Shown one piece after another: positions 27,207 to 36,588 of a stretch of DNA of 64,000 nt (within the stretch, counting starts at the first letter, position 1; every line of letters begins with the position of its first letter). A model generated the notes under the pieces. That model saw only the letters and a list, made by a program, of their open reading frames with translations, searched no databases and was not told the DNA's origin. The position numbers were made by a program, and so were the translations under genes. This stretch comes from an uncultured bacterium (GTDB lineage: Bacteria > Chlamydiota > Chlamydiia > Chlamydiales > FEN-1388): positions 5 to 64,004 of the forward strand of contig CAZASK010000009.1 of the NCBI GenBank assembly GCA_964487845.1. The letters are read 5' to 3'.

Positions 27207-27790
27207 TTGGAATTGCAGGCGCCTCTGGGATTATTCTTGGTTATAAAACGATTGATTATCTGACTCGCTATGGACACACCGTTTTTCTTGTGATGACAAA
27301 AGATGCATGTATGACCGCTCGTGAAGAGATGGATCAGAGATTATCTACTCCACAAAAAATGATTCAAAGTCTTACTGAGCAGCAACAGTCACGTATTCAT
27401 CTGTATCAAAATAGCGATTTTTATGCGCCCATAGCAAGCGGAACATATAAGGCCGATGGGATGGTTCTTGTGCCCTGTAGCATGACAACACTAGCAGCAG
27501 TTGCATGTGGGCTATCTGACACACTTTTGAGGCGTGCAGCTGATGTTACATTAAAAGAAAAGAGGCCGTTGGTTGTAGTGCCTCGCGAGAGTCCTTTTAG
27601 TGAAATTCACCTGGAAAATATGTTAAAGCTTGCGCGCTGTGGAGCTACTATTGTACCCCCGATGCCCGCTTGGTATCTGAAGCCACAAAATATGGAAGAT
27701 GTTGAGTTAACAATCGTAAGCAGGATCTTTGATGCTTTGCGTATAGAAAATGATTTTTCGAAGCGCTGGGCAGAAAAGATGGTGTTTTAA
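27191..27790 (+). CDS. ubiX: flavin prenyltransferase UbiX
   Basis: IVVGIAGASGIILG, VPCSMTTLAAVACG, LKEKRPLVVVPRESP. GTG start overlapping the ubiA end. Confidence 0.85.
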   Translation: MAKIVVGIAGASGIILGYKTIDYLTRYGHTVFLVMTKDACMTAREEMDQRLSTPQKMIQSLTEQQQSRIHLYQNSDFYAPIASGTYKADGMVLVPCSMTTLAAVACGLSDTLLRRAADVTLKEKRPLVVVPRESPFSEIHLENMLKLARCGATIVPPMPAWYLKPQNMEDVELTIVSRIFDALRIENDFSKRWAEKMVF

Positions 27791-28719
27791 ATATGCAGTG
27801 CTTTTTGAGCTATTGCTGATACCTTCTTTTTCCCAAAGAAAGTTACGCCGCCATGTTTTCCAGCAGATACTTCATGAAGATTTTCGATTGCCATGAAAGC
27901 TCGTGGATCAATGCCGTAGATGAGCTCTTTTAATTCAGATAGGTGTAGGCGTTCAGTGACCACATAGAGTACTTCCAAAGATGTGCCCGAAAATCCACCG
28001 CGTCCATACAAGACAGTAACACCAAGTCCCAACTCTTTGAGAATGGCTTGTGTGATTTCCTGCGGTTTGCTTGAGATTACAAGGACTGATTTTGATTCGT
28101 CAAGACCTACGATTACTGCATCCATGATCTTTACCACGACGACGTATGCTATAAGAGATAGGATAGGAGGGTGCCAATCTTGAAAGACAAAGCCTGCTGT
28201 GCTAAATACAAAGATGTTACAGACGAGTACTACTTGTCCTACTGTAAAGCCCTGTTTGCGATTGGTAATGATCCCTAAGATTTCGGTACCATCTACGCAA
28301 CCGCCTCCGCGGATAATCAACCCAATTCCAACACCTAAAATTGCACCACCAATTACAACTACTTCTAGGTTGTCGCCGATAAATGGAGTCGGGAAAAGGT
28401 GAGGCAGAATCGCCAAGCATATGGAAAATGAAATAACGGCAAATACGACATGAGCTACAAATACCTTGCCGACATGGCGATATGCGAGGACAATAAATGG
28501 CAGGTTCAAAATGAGAAGGAAAAATGGAATAAGGTTGTTGCCAAAAAGGCGCCCGCAGATCATCGCAAGACCTACAGTTCCACCGTCAATTAAATTGTTA
28601 GGTAAGAAAAAAACTTCAATTGCAAAAGCCGAAATAAAGGCCCCAATGAGCATCCAAATGTAGGGTATCAAATGTGTGAGGGTGCTTTTTTTTACTGATG
28701 GTTGATTTTCTATAGGCAT
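27787..28719 (-). CDS. YitT-family membrane protein (DUF2179)
   Basis: N-terminal polytopic region with LIDGGTVGLAM. C-terminal soluble DUF2179-like domain. Confidence 0.75.
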   Translation of the reverse strand: MPIENQPSVKKSTLTHLIPYIWMLIGAFISAFAIEVFFLPNNLIDGGTVGLAMICGRLFGNNLIPFFLLILNLPFIVLAYRHVGKVFVAHVVFAVISFSICLAILPHLFPTPFIGDNLEVVVIGGAILGVGIGLIIRGGGCVDGTEILGIITNRKQGFTVGQVVLVCNIFVFSTAGFVFQDWHPPILSLIAYVVVVKIMDAVIVGLDESKSVLVISSKPQEITQAILKELGLGVTVLYGRGGFSGTSLEVLYVVTERLHLSELKELIYGIDPRAFMAIENLHEVSAGKHGGVTFFGKKKVSAIAQKALHI

Positions 28720-28862
28720 CTATAATCACACTGGTTTATAAGTCTAGACTCGAGCACAAAATAACTCAATAAAGAAAAGATAACAAGAAGTTGTTTTGTG
28801 ATTGAAAAACAAGTTTTTTGAAATGGCTGGTATTTATACTTAGCTATTTCATATAGAAAACA

Positions 28863-28936
28863 CGCGGGAGACGGGACTCGAACCCGCAACTTCCGGCGTG
28901 ACAAGCCGGTGCTCTAACCAATTGAACTACTCCCGC
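28863..28936 (-). tRNA. tRNA-Asp (anticodon GTC)
   Basis: The reverse complement is GCGGGAGTAGTTCAATTGGTTAGAGCACCGGCTTGTCACGCCGGAAGTTGCGGGTTCGAGTCCCGTCTCCCGC+G. Anticodon loop TTGTCAC. Confidence 0.9.
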
Positions 28937-28944
28937 AAGTGCTA

Positions 28945-29017
28945 TGGGCGCAACAGGGCTCGAACCTATGACCGCCTGTGTGTAAGACAGGTGCTCTACC
29001 AACTGAGCTATACGCCC
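28945..29017 (-). tRNA. tRNA-Val (anticodon TAC)
   Basis: The reverse complement is GGGCGTATAGCTCAGTTGGTAGAGCACCTGTCTTACACACAGGCGGTCATAGGTTCGAGCCCTGTTGCGCCCA. Anticodon loop CTTACAC. Confidence 0.9.
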
Positions 29018-29078
29018 GCAAAGTGCAACCAATGTACACGCAATGGCTGTTTTTTCACAAGTGGAAATTCAGATAATT

Positions 29079-30140
29079 TTATAAATGGTCATGAAATTGC
29101 TTTTTTTTCAGCTGCTTTTCTAGCTGTTGTATGGTTCTGCGGGCTGATTCTAATATGTGTTGAAATTCATCAGAGATCGTAGGTTCAATTACTGTTATTT
29201 CTTCTTGGAGGTCTGCAAGAAGTTGGCTAGTCTCCGCAAACACTTGTGGATTGAAGTTGTCTTCTTGTTCGAGGAGTTGTAGGAGGGTGTAGGCTTTATC
29301 CTCCATTTTTTTTATTTCGCTCATCTGAGAAGTAGTCTCTTCTGCTTGATCTTCTATATGAAGATGTGTTGGACGATGAAGTATTGAATCTATTGTGATA
29401 AGTCCGAGTTCGGTAAGAGCGCCTCTTTGAGTGTCGATGTGTGTTTTCCATAAAAAAAGCTCGTGAAGATCTTCTGAAGCAAATTCAGAATCCAAGAGCT
29501 TAGAAAATTCTGTGAAAATAGGTGCTAATTTCTGAGTGATTAACGGTTCTATTGTATCTTGGTCGGATGTGAATAGAATTTCATCTTGCAGAAGGTGTGC
29601 TTTATAGTTTTGTAGGATTTCACAATCTTTGATAATAGCATGGTGTGTTGCGGACACTGCCTCTTGGATGATTTTCTTTTTCAGTTTTTTTTCACTGTTG
29701 AATTGGTTGTACAAGCTGACAGAATCGATGGCTGTATCGAGCAAGCTTCGTAGTTCATGTGAACTTGTTGTCAATTGAATGTCTTTTGCTAATCTCGTAA
29801 CGTGTGCAATCATCGGATCGATGGATCGAGAAATAAAACCATGGGATGAATCCCCAAACTCGGCAAGAAGATGCGCTTTGAGTTGTGATAAGGTATTTGT
29901 AATATTATTGAACTGCTCAAGCGTTGTTTCGATTTGTTGTTGAACTGAAGTAACTCGTTCTTTTAAGGATTGCACCGGGGGGGCATCTGTTTGAAAATGT
30001 GAGATAAGATGTAACGAGAAAGATGGCTTGGAGTGTTGAGCGGGTGTTTCTTGTTGGATTGGGTGTTCGATCGTTTTATTTGGAGGGAGTTTTTCTGATG
30101 ATGGATTTTGAAAAGTCATCTTCGCTATCCTTTCTCTCAT
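29079..30140 (-). CDS. hypothetical coiled-coil protein (353 aa)
   Basis: Long ORF with helical, Q/E/L-rich composition. No motif recognised. Confidence 0.45.
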   Translation of the reverse strand: MRERIAKMTFQNPSSEKLPPNKTIEHPIQQETPAQHSKPSFSLHLISHFQTDAPPVQSLKERVTSVQQQIETTLEQFNNITNTLSQLKAHLLAEFGDSSHGFISRSIDPMIAHVTRLAKDIQLTTSSHELRSLLDTAIDSVSLYNQFNSEKKLKKKIIQEAVSATHHAIIKDCEILQNYKAHLLQDEILFTSDQDTIEPLITQKLAPIFTEFSKLLDSEFASEDLHELFLWKTHIDTQRGALTELGLITIDSILHRPTHLHIEDQAEETTSQMSEIKKMEDKAYTLLQLLEQEDNFNPQVFAETSQLLADLQEEITVIEPTISDEFQHILESARRTIQQLEKQLKKKQFHDHL

Positions 30141-30200
30141 AAAAGGATTATAACTTATTTTTTAATTTATTTCTATTCAATTCTTCTTTAAAATAAAATC

Positions 30201-30992
30201 ATGAACAGAAAGAAAAAGAATATTTTAATTACAAATGATGACGGGATATTGGCTCCTGGAATTAGGCACCTTGCAGCAGCACTCTGTAGTGACTATACAA
30301 TCACTGTTGTAGCTCCAGCGCAAGAAAAGTCGGGGAGTGGGGCGTCGATTACCGTGTCTGACTCTTTGCATGTAAGAAAAGTTGATTTTCCTGTGCCAGT
30401 AGCTGCATGGAGTGTTACAGGAACTCCTGCCGACTGTACACGCCTTGGGGTCATTGCTATTTTAGATACGCCGCCTGATCTTATTGTATCTGGAATCAAC
30501 CGAGGTTCAAATCATGGAAGAACTGTGTTATACAGTGGAACCATAGGCGGTGTCATTGAAGGAGTATTTCGTGGTATTCCAGGGATCGCTTTTTCATCGT
30601 ATAATTATTACATGCCTGAGTACGCTGTATTTGAGCCATATATTCCTCGTATTGTGGACTATGTGTGTCAGCACCCTATGCCATCAGGAACTTTGCTCAA
30701 TGTCACTTTCCCTGACACAACAGGTCTCAAGGATGGTAAAATATCTGGAGTGAAGATGACCTCGCAAGGTCGCCAGTATTGGCGCGAAGATCGTGATCGT
30801 CTTCCTGAGCAAAGAGGTGAAGGTGAGTATATTATCGACTCAAAGATATCCAATTGTAGCGAAAATGAACATAGTGATAGCTACTGGCTTCAAAAAGGGT
30901 GGATCACTGCGGTTCCAGTGCATGTGGATGAGTTAACAGATTGGCGCTACATGAAGAATCAAAAAGAACATTTTGATTATATCCATCAATAG
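30201..30992 (+). CDS. surE: 5'/3'-nucleotidase SurE
   Basis: ILITNDDGILAPGI, SGINRGSN, YSGTIGG. Confidence 0.9.
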   Translation: MNRKKKNILITNDDGILAPGIRHLAAALCSDYTITVVAPAQEKSGSGASITVSDSLHVRKVDFPVPVAAWSVTGTPADCTRLGVIAILDTPPDLIVSGINRGSNHGRTVLYSGTIGGVIEGVFRGIPGIAFSSYNYYMPEYAVFEPYIPRIVDYVCQHPMPSGTLLNVTFPDTTGLKDGKISGVKMTSQGRQYWREDRDRLPEQRGEGEYIIDSKISNCSENEHSDSYWLQKGWITAVPVHVDELTDWRYMKNQKEHFDYIHQ

Positions 30993-30994
30993 CT

Positions 30995-31387
30995 TCAACG
31001 CAGAAGAGTTCTTTCATATTGTTGTAGTTTGCAAAGAGCGGTATTTTGACATTTTTCTATAATGATTTTAGCTCCATCAAAGCGTAAAATACGGTGCATT
31101 TCATGACGTAGTTGATCTCCTAACGCAAGGTCCTCGTCGCTTGCTTCCCATGTTATTCCATGAGCTATTTGATATTTTTTTATTTCGATCAAAAGATGAA
31201 CAAGGTGCGTGAAAGAAAGTTCTACAGTGTGTTGCCGTTGAACAAGCTCTTCAATTGAGCTAATACTTTCAAAAATCTGTATAAGTTCTGTGAGTTGTTG
31301 GCGCGCTTCTTCTTGTAAGCTGCTAGAAGATGTGTACGAGCAGCTTGTAGTAGATAAAAATATGGCCAATAACAAAAGGTGTATCAT
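30995..31387 (-). CDS. small secreted protein or lipoprotein, hypothetical
   Basis: MIHLLLLAIFLSTTSCS signal-like N-terminus. Confidence 0.4.
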   Translation of the reverse strand: MIHLLLLAIFLSTTSCSYTSSSSLQEEARQQLTELIQIFESISSIEELVQRQHTVELSFTHLVHLLIEIKKYQIAHGITWEASDEDLALGDQLRHEMHRILRFDGAKIIIEKCQNTALCKLQQYERTLLR

Positions 31388-31432
31388 TTCTTAATCAAGC
31401 CTTAATAGATCCTAAGTACGCTTCATATAACT

Positions 31433-32305
31433 ATGATAGGAGAATGTATGCAATCTACGAATAATGCAACCACAACTTCAAGCAGTTACTTTTCGCAAGT
31501 GTGTCAACTGCCAAGTAAACTTGTCCATGCTGTAGCGAATTATATGTTTCCAACAAAACCTATTCCAGAAGCGTACAATGGTGCAGTAAGTGGTAAGATT
31601 ATCCCTAAAATTCGTATTATCTATGTAAATGGGATTCTCAACACGCCACTTGATTGTATAACATCGACGCAAAAAATTTCAGACGTTTTCAACCAGTCCA
31701 AAGTCTATTTTACGCATGTTACTTCCCAAGGCGGCGTACGTGATACATGTGCTGTGCTTTCAAGTCTTGCACGAAAAATAGAGTATAAGTCTGCAGCGCA
31801 GCAGGTGCTGATTGACAATATTAGAAAGCGCCTTGCAGATTTAGATTGTGAAGATGAGGAATTGCAAACACGAGAGGTGTCTGAGGAGAAATCGGAGGGC
31901 GTATTACAGGTAGATGATTCTGGTGCCATTGAATGTGGAAAGAGAGTGATTGTAATTACTCATTCGGCTGGAGGACTTTTGCTTGAGCAGGTAAGTAAGC
32001 ATCTATCAGAGAAGGAACGCGAATGTCTTTATGTATATACACTAGGTTCCGCAGTTTTACTTAGTAAAAACATATTTAAAAAAGCAGAAAATCATATCTG
32101 TCATTCCGATAGCATTCCATCGATTTGTGATAAGATATCAAGAAGAAACAGAGAAAAAGATGTGCATAGTAATTATTTTAAATGGCCTCACAAGATAGGT
32201 TCTATAGAGTCGCACTATTTTTTAGGATCTCCCTACCAATCAATGCTTGCTTTGATTAAAGAGTCGGTGCTGCCTTCTGAAAAAGAAGAAGTCTATATTT
32301 CATAA
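31433..32305 (+). CDS. hypothetical protein, possible alpha/beta-hydrolase (lipase-like)
   Basis: IIYVNGILNT, then the nucleophile-elbow-like VIVITHSAGGLL, then later YTLGS and HSDS. By-eye call only. Confidence 0.35.
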   Translation: MIGECMQSTNNATTTSSSYFSQVCQLPSKLVHAVANYMFPTKPIPEAYNGAVSGKIIPKIRIIYVNGILNTPLDCITSTQKISDVFNQSKVYFTHVTSQGGVRDTCAVLSSLARKIEYKSAAQQVLIDNIRKRLADLDCEDEELQTREVSEEKSEGVLQVDDSGAIECGKRVIVITHSAGGLLLEQVSKHLSEKERECLYVYTLGSAVLLSKNIFKKAENHICHSDSIPSICDKISRRNREKDVHSNYFKWPHKIGSIESHYFLGSPYQSMLALIKESVLPSEKEEVYIS

Positions 32306-34087
32306 GATATACTCATTAGCAATAGCTCGGCGATGATGACCATCGAGTACATGAAATATCTGTACCTTTCGTATAGCAAGTTTTGAAAATTGACTGATGG
32401 GAGTATAGAGCAACTTTTTTCCTTGTGTTCGAGCGTATTGTTTGAGTTTTTCCTTAGGAGGATGTGCTGCGACGTAAATGATTACCGGTTTTACTGAATA
32501 ATCGATTGCAGCACACGTAAGTACTTCTGCCTTTGAAGAGCAGACATCATAGTCAGGATCTGTCCATATATCGAGCATTCGCCTTGGAGGATATGACAGG
32601 AGAAATCCTCCGTACGTACATTTTGCAATCCCTGGTCCTATCACATTTTCTTGATAGTTGGTCGCGAAAAATGCCATATCCGATTCTTGTTCATTTTCTC
32701 CAAGCCAGGTGAGCTGCCACGGATATTTTTCGATAGGCTCTTGATCCTCATCGAAGATGACAACAACAGATCCTGCCCCAGCTATTGGTTTACCTGTCGT
32801 TTTTACAAACAGTTTCTTTTCAGTACAATGTCGGATGGTTTCTTTAACATCTACCCCATCTTCTAAACTTGTCGAAAATGGGATACTGCGACTTACTGCC
32901 TCACGTGCTTGAGAGAGGCTCTTTTTTTTGATATAGCGACTAAAATCTTCTACGATACCATCTTCAGGAGTGTGTGAGCACAAAGTAAATGGGTTGAGCG
33001 GGGTAAAGTGAATAGCTTGTTTTTCTTTTTTTAACCGTTTGAGAAAAGAGCTTTTTTTCGATACATTCTTTTTGTGAAACCATATCTGCTTTGATGAACC
33101 CCAAACTTCTTCGATACTTGCTGCTGACTCTGGCAAATTATCTGTGTTACGCAAAAATGGATATTCTACGGCTATTTTCCACACCTCATAGGCAAAATTA
33201 TGATCGATGCAGGACTTGCTAGCGGTGAGCAGTTGGTAAAGGTCTGGCAGGAGTTTTTGTTTGATGTGGGCATACTTACGAAGATAGCGCATGATAAGAG
33301 AGAGCCCGTACACGGGAAACGTGGTTCTTGTTTCTTGTTCATAGGGCAAGATAGCTGCTTTTAAAAGAGAATAGATACATTTTTGTCGATCAAGAGCTTG
33401 CGTGGTGTGGTGATTTCTCCAAGATTCATAGTGTGCTGATATCCATCCATATTCAGCCATAATCGACAATGCGGTCTCTTGAGTGGGTGTAGTGAGTGTT
33501 TTTTTTGTGTACTCTATATGTGGATATGTGACAAATGAGTTTTTATTCAAAAATTGGGAAATGGAGTGTACGTGGCTCATGCCGACTACGATTACTATTT
33601 TTTCATAAGAAAAAGAGAGCTCTTTGAGCCTCCTTGCCATATGCTCTTCTCTTTCATGATCAAGGATATTCGGAGAGAAAGGGTGTCTACGGAGGAGTTG
33701 ATAATATTTTTTGAGACCAATTCGATAGATGGCATATGGATCAGGAATATGATCTTCGTAGAGGGGATATGAACTGACATTTAAATCGATGCAAAATGAG
33801 GCAATACGCATCTCCAAGGCAGATCGTAGTGCTTCAAAGGCTGCGTCACAAGGTTCTGCTAGTAGAATTTTCTTCTCGCCCTTACTATCTTCTGTGTGAA
33901 TGAGAGTAAGATCAGGCAGGCGTGCTGCTGCATGAAGACATTCTTGTTGAAGTGGCTCTGGGAGTTCGACAGCGATGCAGTCTGGTTGTATTTTTTCAAT
34001 TGCCTTGCGAACTTCTACTGCGCATTCCATCGTGTAGTGCAAGATAGGGACAAAGTAAAATGGGGGATTGTCGTCGTAGAGCCGCAT
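32300..34087 (-). CDS. large uncharacterised protein with a TraB/ChaN-like N-terminal module
   Basis: FYFVPILHYTMECAVEVRKAIEKIQPDCIAVELPE and EREEHMARRLKEL...IVIVVGMSHV resemble the TraB/PrgY/GumN pattern (GT.HvS..S...V...I....PD.V.VEL; RE..Ma..l....vvaVvGagH). Lies 21 nt downstream of the AAA_5 ATPase. Confidence 0.4.
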   Translation of the reverse strand: MRLYDDNPPFYFVPILHYTMECAVEVRKAIEKIQPDCIAVELPEPLQQECLHAAARLPDLTLIHTEDSKGEKKILLAEPCDAAFEALRSALEMRIASFCIDLNVSSYPLYEDHIPDPYAIYRIGLKKYYQLLRRHPFSPNILDHEREEHMARRLKELSFSYEKIVIVVGMSHVHSISQFLNKNSFVTYPHIEYTKKTLTTPTQETALSIMAEYGWISAHYESWRNHHTTQALDRQKCIYSLLKAAILPYEQETRTTFPVYGLSLIMRYLRKYAHIKQKLLPDLYQLLTASKSCIDHNFAYEVWKIAVEYPFLRNTDNLPESAASIEEVWGSSKQIWFHKKNVSKKSSFLKRLKKEKQAIHFTPLNPFTLCSHTPEDGIVEDFSRYIKKKSLSQAREAVSRSIPFSTSLEDGVDVKETIRHCTEKKLFVKTTGKPIAGAGSVVVIFDEDQEPIEKYPWQLTWLGENEQESDMAFFATNYQENVIGPGIAKCTYGGFLLSYPPRRMLDIWTDPDYDVCSSKAEVLTCAAIDYSVKPVIIYVAAHPPKEKLKQYARTQGKKLLYTPISQFSKLAIRKVQIFHVLDGHHRRAIANEYIL

Positions 34088-34108
34088 CGGATCCCTTTAG
34101 TCTCTGGA

Positions 34109-34966
34109 TTATGAAAAGGCTATAGCGTCATCGCCAAGAGTCATGACGATGGCTTGCCTGAGCATGTTTTCGATCTCTTTTGGACCCTTCTTGGGTAGAT
34201 TATGTAATCTTTTTGCCGCATAGCGGGCGATATTGATGCCATCACGGATAGTGAAGTTCTCATTGTGGCCATGTGCACGTTGTAGAAAGTGAACAACGTA
34301 GTCGACGATCTCCTCTTCAATGAATGGCAGGTTTTCTTTTAGGATGCGCCTTTCTTCTTCAGCCTCTGGGAAATCAAGGTAGATTTGTGGTTGTAGCCTG
34401 GAGTGGATGTATTCGGGGATCTCGTAGGTGGAAGCGTCTTCATTGGTGGTTACTGCTATGCGAAATTGCGGGTGTGCGCTTATTTTTAAACCAGATACAA
34501 TTGACTCGATATAGCGACGAGCGTCTAAGAGGGGAGCGAGTGAAGCCCATGATTTTTCACTCATGCGGTTGCCTTCATCTAAAATGCAGACTCCGCCACG
34601 AATCATAGCGCTTACAAGTGACGAGGCTACATATCGTATGCCTCCTGTGGAGCTAATAACAGGGGTGATAAGAAGGTCTTCAGGGCGAGTATCCATGGTG
34701 CATTGAAAAATATAGACAGAAGCTCCTATTGCTTTTGCTGCAGCATAGGCGAGTGTGGTTTTCCCAACGCCTGGCTTTCCTACAATCCGTGGATTGAGAG
34801 GAAGGTCATTTTTGTCGATGACGAGCCATGCTGCCAACAGCTGTTCCATCACATCTTGCTGTCCTATCCAATGGAAAGGGAGGTCGTCTGGACAGCTGAG
34901 AGCAAGCTCTACACCTTGAATGGTGATTCTATCTTCTTGCGCAGTTGCTGTCTTGATGTTTGTCAT
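34109..34966 (-). CDS. AAA_5 / MoxR-like ATPase
   Basis: Walker A GKPGVGKTTLA and Walker B CILDEGNRM. Size and layout are typical of CbbQ/NorQ/MoxR-type ATPases. Confidence 0.8.
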   Translation of the reverse strand: MTNIKTATAQEDRITIQGVELALSCPDDLPFHWIGQQDVMEQLLAAWLVIDKNDLPLNPRIVGKPGVGKTTLAYAAAKAIGASVYIFQCTMDTRPEDLLITPVISSTGGIRYVASSLVSAMIRGGVCILDEGNRMSEKSWASLAPLLDARRYIESIVSGLKISAHPQFRIAVTTNEDASTYEIPEYIHSRLQPQIYLDFPEAEEERRILKENLPFIEEEIVDYVVHFLQRAHGHNENFTIRDGINIARYAAKRLHNLPKKGPKEIENMLRQAIVMTLGDDAIAFS

Positions 34967-34975
34967 GTCTATTTT

Positions 34976-35734
34976 CTAACCTTCTTCTGCTTTTTTAGAT
35001 CCATACAGCAGGCCTGCGAGTGCGATGTTGTCTCTTGCATTTGGGAAAAGAGTTTCAATTTGTTGGAGCAACTCTTTTGTCTTTTGCCGCATAGAATTTT
35101 GGCCTACTGGACATCTGCAGGTGATTCTTGCAAAGCCATACATTTTAGCAAAGTCTATAATTTCTCTTTCCGCAACATAGATAAGTGGCCTGATAATGCA
35201 GATGTGATAGCGCTGCATAAAAAGGTTAGGGAGATTGCCTGCGAATTCACCTTTGTGAAAAAGGTTCATTAAAATTGTATGAGCATTGTCATCTTTATGA
35301 TGTCCAAAGGCAATTGTTTTACAGCCCGCTTCTTTTGCTGCTGCAAACAAAAGTGAGCGACGTTCTCTTGAGCAGCTATAGCATTCAAGATTTTCTAATT
35401 TTTTTTGAGATGTGCGTTGTATCAAAGGTACTTCGAGACGGTCACATATTGCTTGAAGATAGCCTTGACCGACTCCTGCTCCACACGAAAATTCACCGCC
35501 GACGTTGATTGCTGTAATTTCGAGAGGTGGCATGCCACGACCTGAAATAGCTTTCAGAAGAAACAAGAGGGTGAGACTGTCTTTTCCTCCGCTGAGAGCT
35601 ACTGCGATTTTAGATCCATTGTCGAGCATGCGAAAGTCAAAGATAGCTTTACGAACCATGCTTTCGAGGCGTTTGCCAAGGCCTGACCAAGGAGGGGTTG
35701 CTATTGGAGCTAGATCATCCATCATGTGATACAC
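34976..35734 (-). CDS. ttcA: TtcA-like PP-loop tRNA 2-thiocytidine synthase
   Basis: PP-loop VALSGGKDSLTLL with cysteine clusters CYSCSRERR and CRCPVG. Confidence 0.8.
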   Translation of the reverse strand: MYHMMDDLAPIATPPWSGLGKRLESMVRKAIFDFRMLDNGSKIAVALSGGKDSLTLLFLLKAISGRGMPPLEITAINVGGEFSCGAGVGQGYLQAICDRLEVPLIQRTSQKKLENLECYSCSRERRSLLFAAAKEAGCKTIAFGHHKDDNAHTILMNLFHKGEFAGNLPNLFMQRYHICIIRPLIYVAEREIIDFAKMYGFARITCRCPVGQNSMRQKTKELLQQIETLFPNARDNIALAGLLYGSKKAEEG

Positions 35735-35806
35735 ATAAAAATAGCATGTATGGTAACTTCTTTAGTTTGCTATGTCAACAACTCAAACGCTTATGAGGAT
35801 CGTATA

Positions 35807-36082
35807 ATGGATAAGGCACATAATAGAAATGAACCCTGCCCATGTGGCTCAGGGAAAAAATATAAAAAATGTTGCGGGGTAGTGCATCAAGCTCGCAGGC
35901 AGATGAAGGCGAAAGTAATGGCGCAAGGTCCAATAGGCGCGATTTTCAATCAGGTAACGCAGTCGATGACAGGTGATTTTTTTAAAAACAGCAAAATCAC
36001 ACAGATTCAGCAGTCAAAAAATATGACAGCTTTGGATTCTTTTAAAGAAAAGCAAAAGAAATCGGTTGAGGAGAAAGTGTAA
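35807..36082 (+). CDS. SEC-C motif (zinc-binding) small protein
   Basis: NEPCPCGSGKKYKKCCG at the N-terminus. ATG 35807 is preferred over 35726. Confidence 0.65.
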   Translation: MDKAHNRNEPCPCGSGKKYKKCCGVVHQARRQMKAKVMAQGPIGAIFNQVTQSMTGDFFKNSKITQIQQSKNMTALDSFKEKQKKSVEEKV

Positions 36083-36104
36083 AACTGATATAAATTCACC
36101 ACTC

Positions 36105-36177
36105 GCTGACATAGCTCAATTGGTAGAGCACTCGACTTGTAATCGAGCGGTTGTGGGTTCAATTCCTACTGTCAGCA
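36105..36177 (+). tRNA. tRNA-Thr (anticodon TGT)
   Basis: Acceptor GCTGACA/TGTCAGC, anticodon stem CTCGA/TCGAG with loop CTTGTAA, T-loop TTCAATT. Confidence 0.9.
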
Positions 36178-36196
36178 TTTCTACCATCTTTTTGAT

Positions 36197-36278
36197 GGGG
36201 GTGTCGCATAGTGGCAATTGCAAGAGACTGTAAATCTCTCCTCTTCGGAGTTCGCCAGTTCGAGTCTGGCCGCCCCCA
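36197..36278 (+). tRNA. tRNA-Tyr (anticodon GTA), long variable arm
   Basis: Acceptor GGGGGTG/CGCCCCC, anticodon stem AGAGA/TCTCT with loop CTGTAAA, variable arm CTC-TTCG-GAG, T-arm GCCAG/CTGGC. Confidence 0.9.
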
Positions 36279-36367
36279 TTCATATTCCGGCTACCTTTAT
36301 TCGATATTATAGTCGATTAAATTTTGTATGACGCATTTTGACCTGCGAGCTTTCAAGAAATACTCAT

Positions 36368-36538
36368 TTAATTAGGCCAGAGGTACACCCAGTAAGCATT
36401 AAGGAGTTCTTGCTGCTCAATCGTCAAAGGGTCGAGTACAATATAGCTTTCATCATTGCGTGTGAAGGATGATTTGGACCAGTTGGCAGACCCGTTTACT
36501 AAAATTGGGTAGTTATAAACAGGTAGTGATGAAGAGGT
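36368..36538 (-). pseudogene. phospholipase D-family gene fragment (C-terminal ~56 codons only)
   Basis: The minus-strand frame reads TSSSLPVYNYPILVNGSANWSKSSFTRNDESYIVLDPLTIEQQELLNAYWVYLWPN*. GSANW..S...N.E is the tail of an HKD motif. An in-frame TGA lies immediately upstream and there is no start codon. Confidence 0.55.
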
Positions 36539-36588
36539 TCAAATTTATGAAAGTTTCGATATACTGACTGGAAAAACTAGGAAAGCTT

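Noticed and set aside
28844-29182. ORFs 28844..29032 (-) and 28898..29182 (+).
   Set aside because: They span the tRNA-Asp and tRNA-Val(TAC) genes. These are typical tRNA-derived frames.
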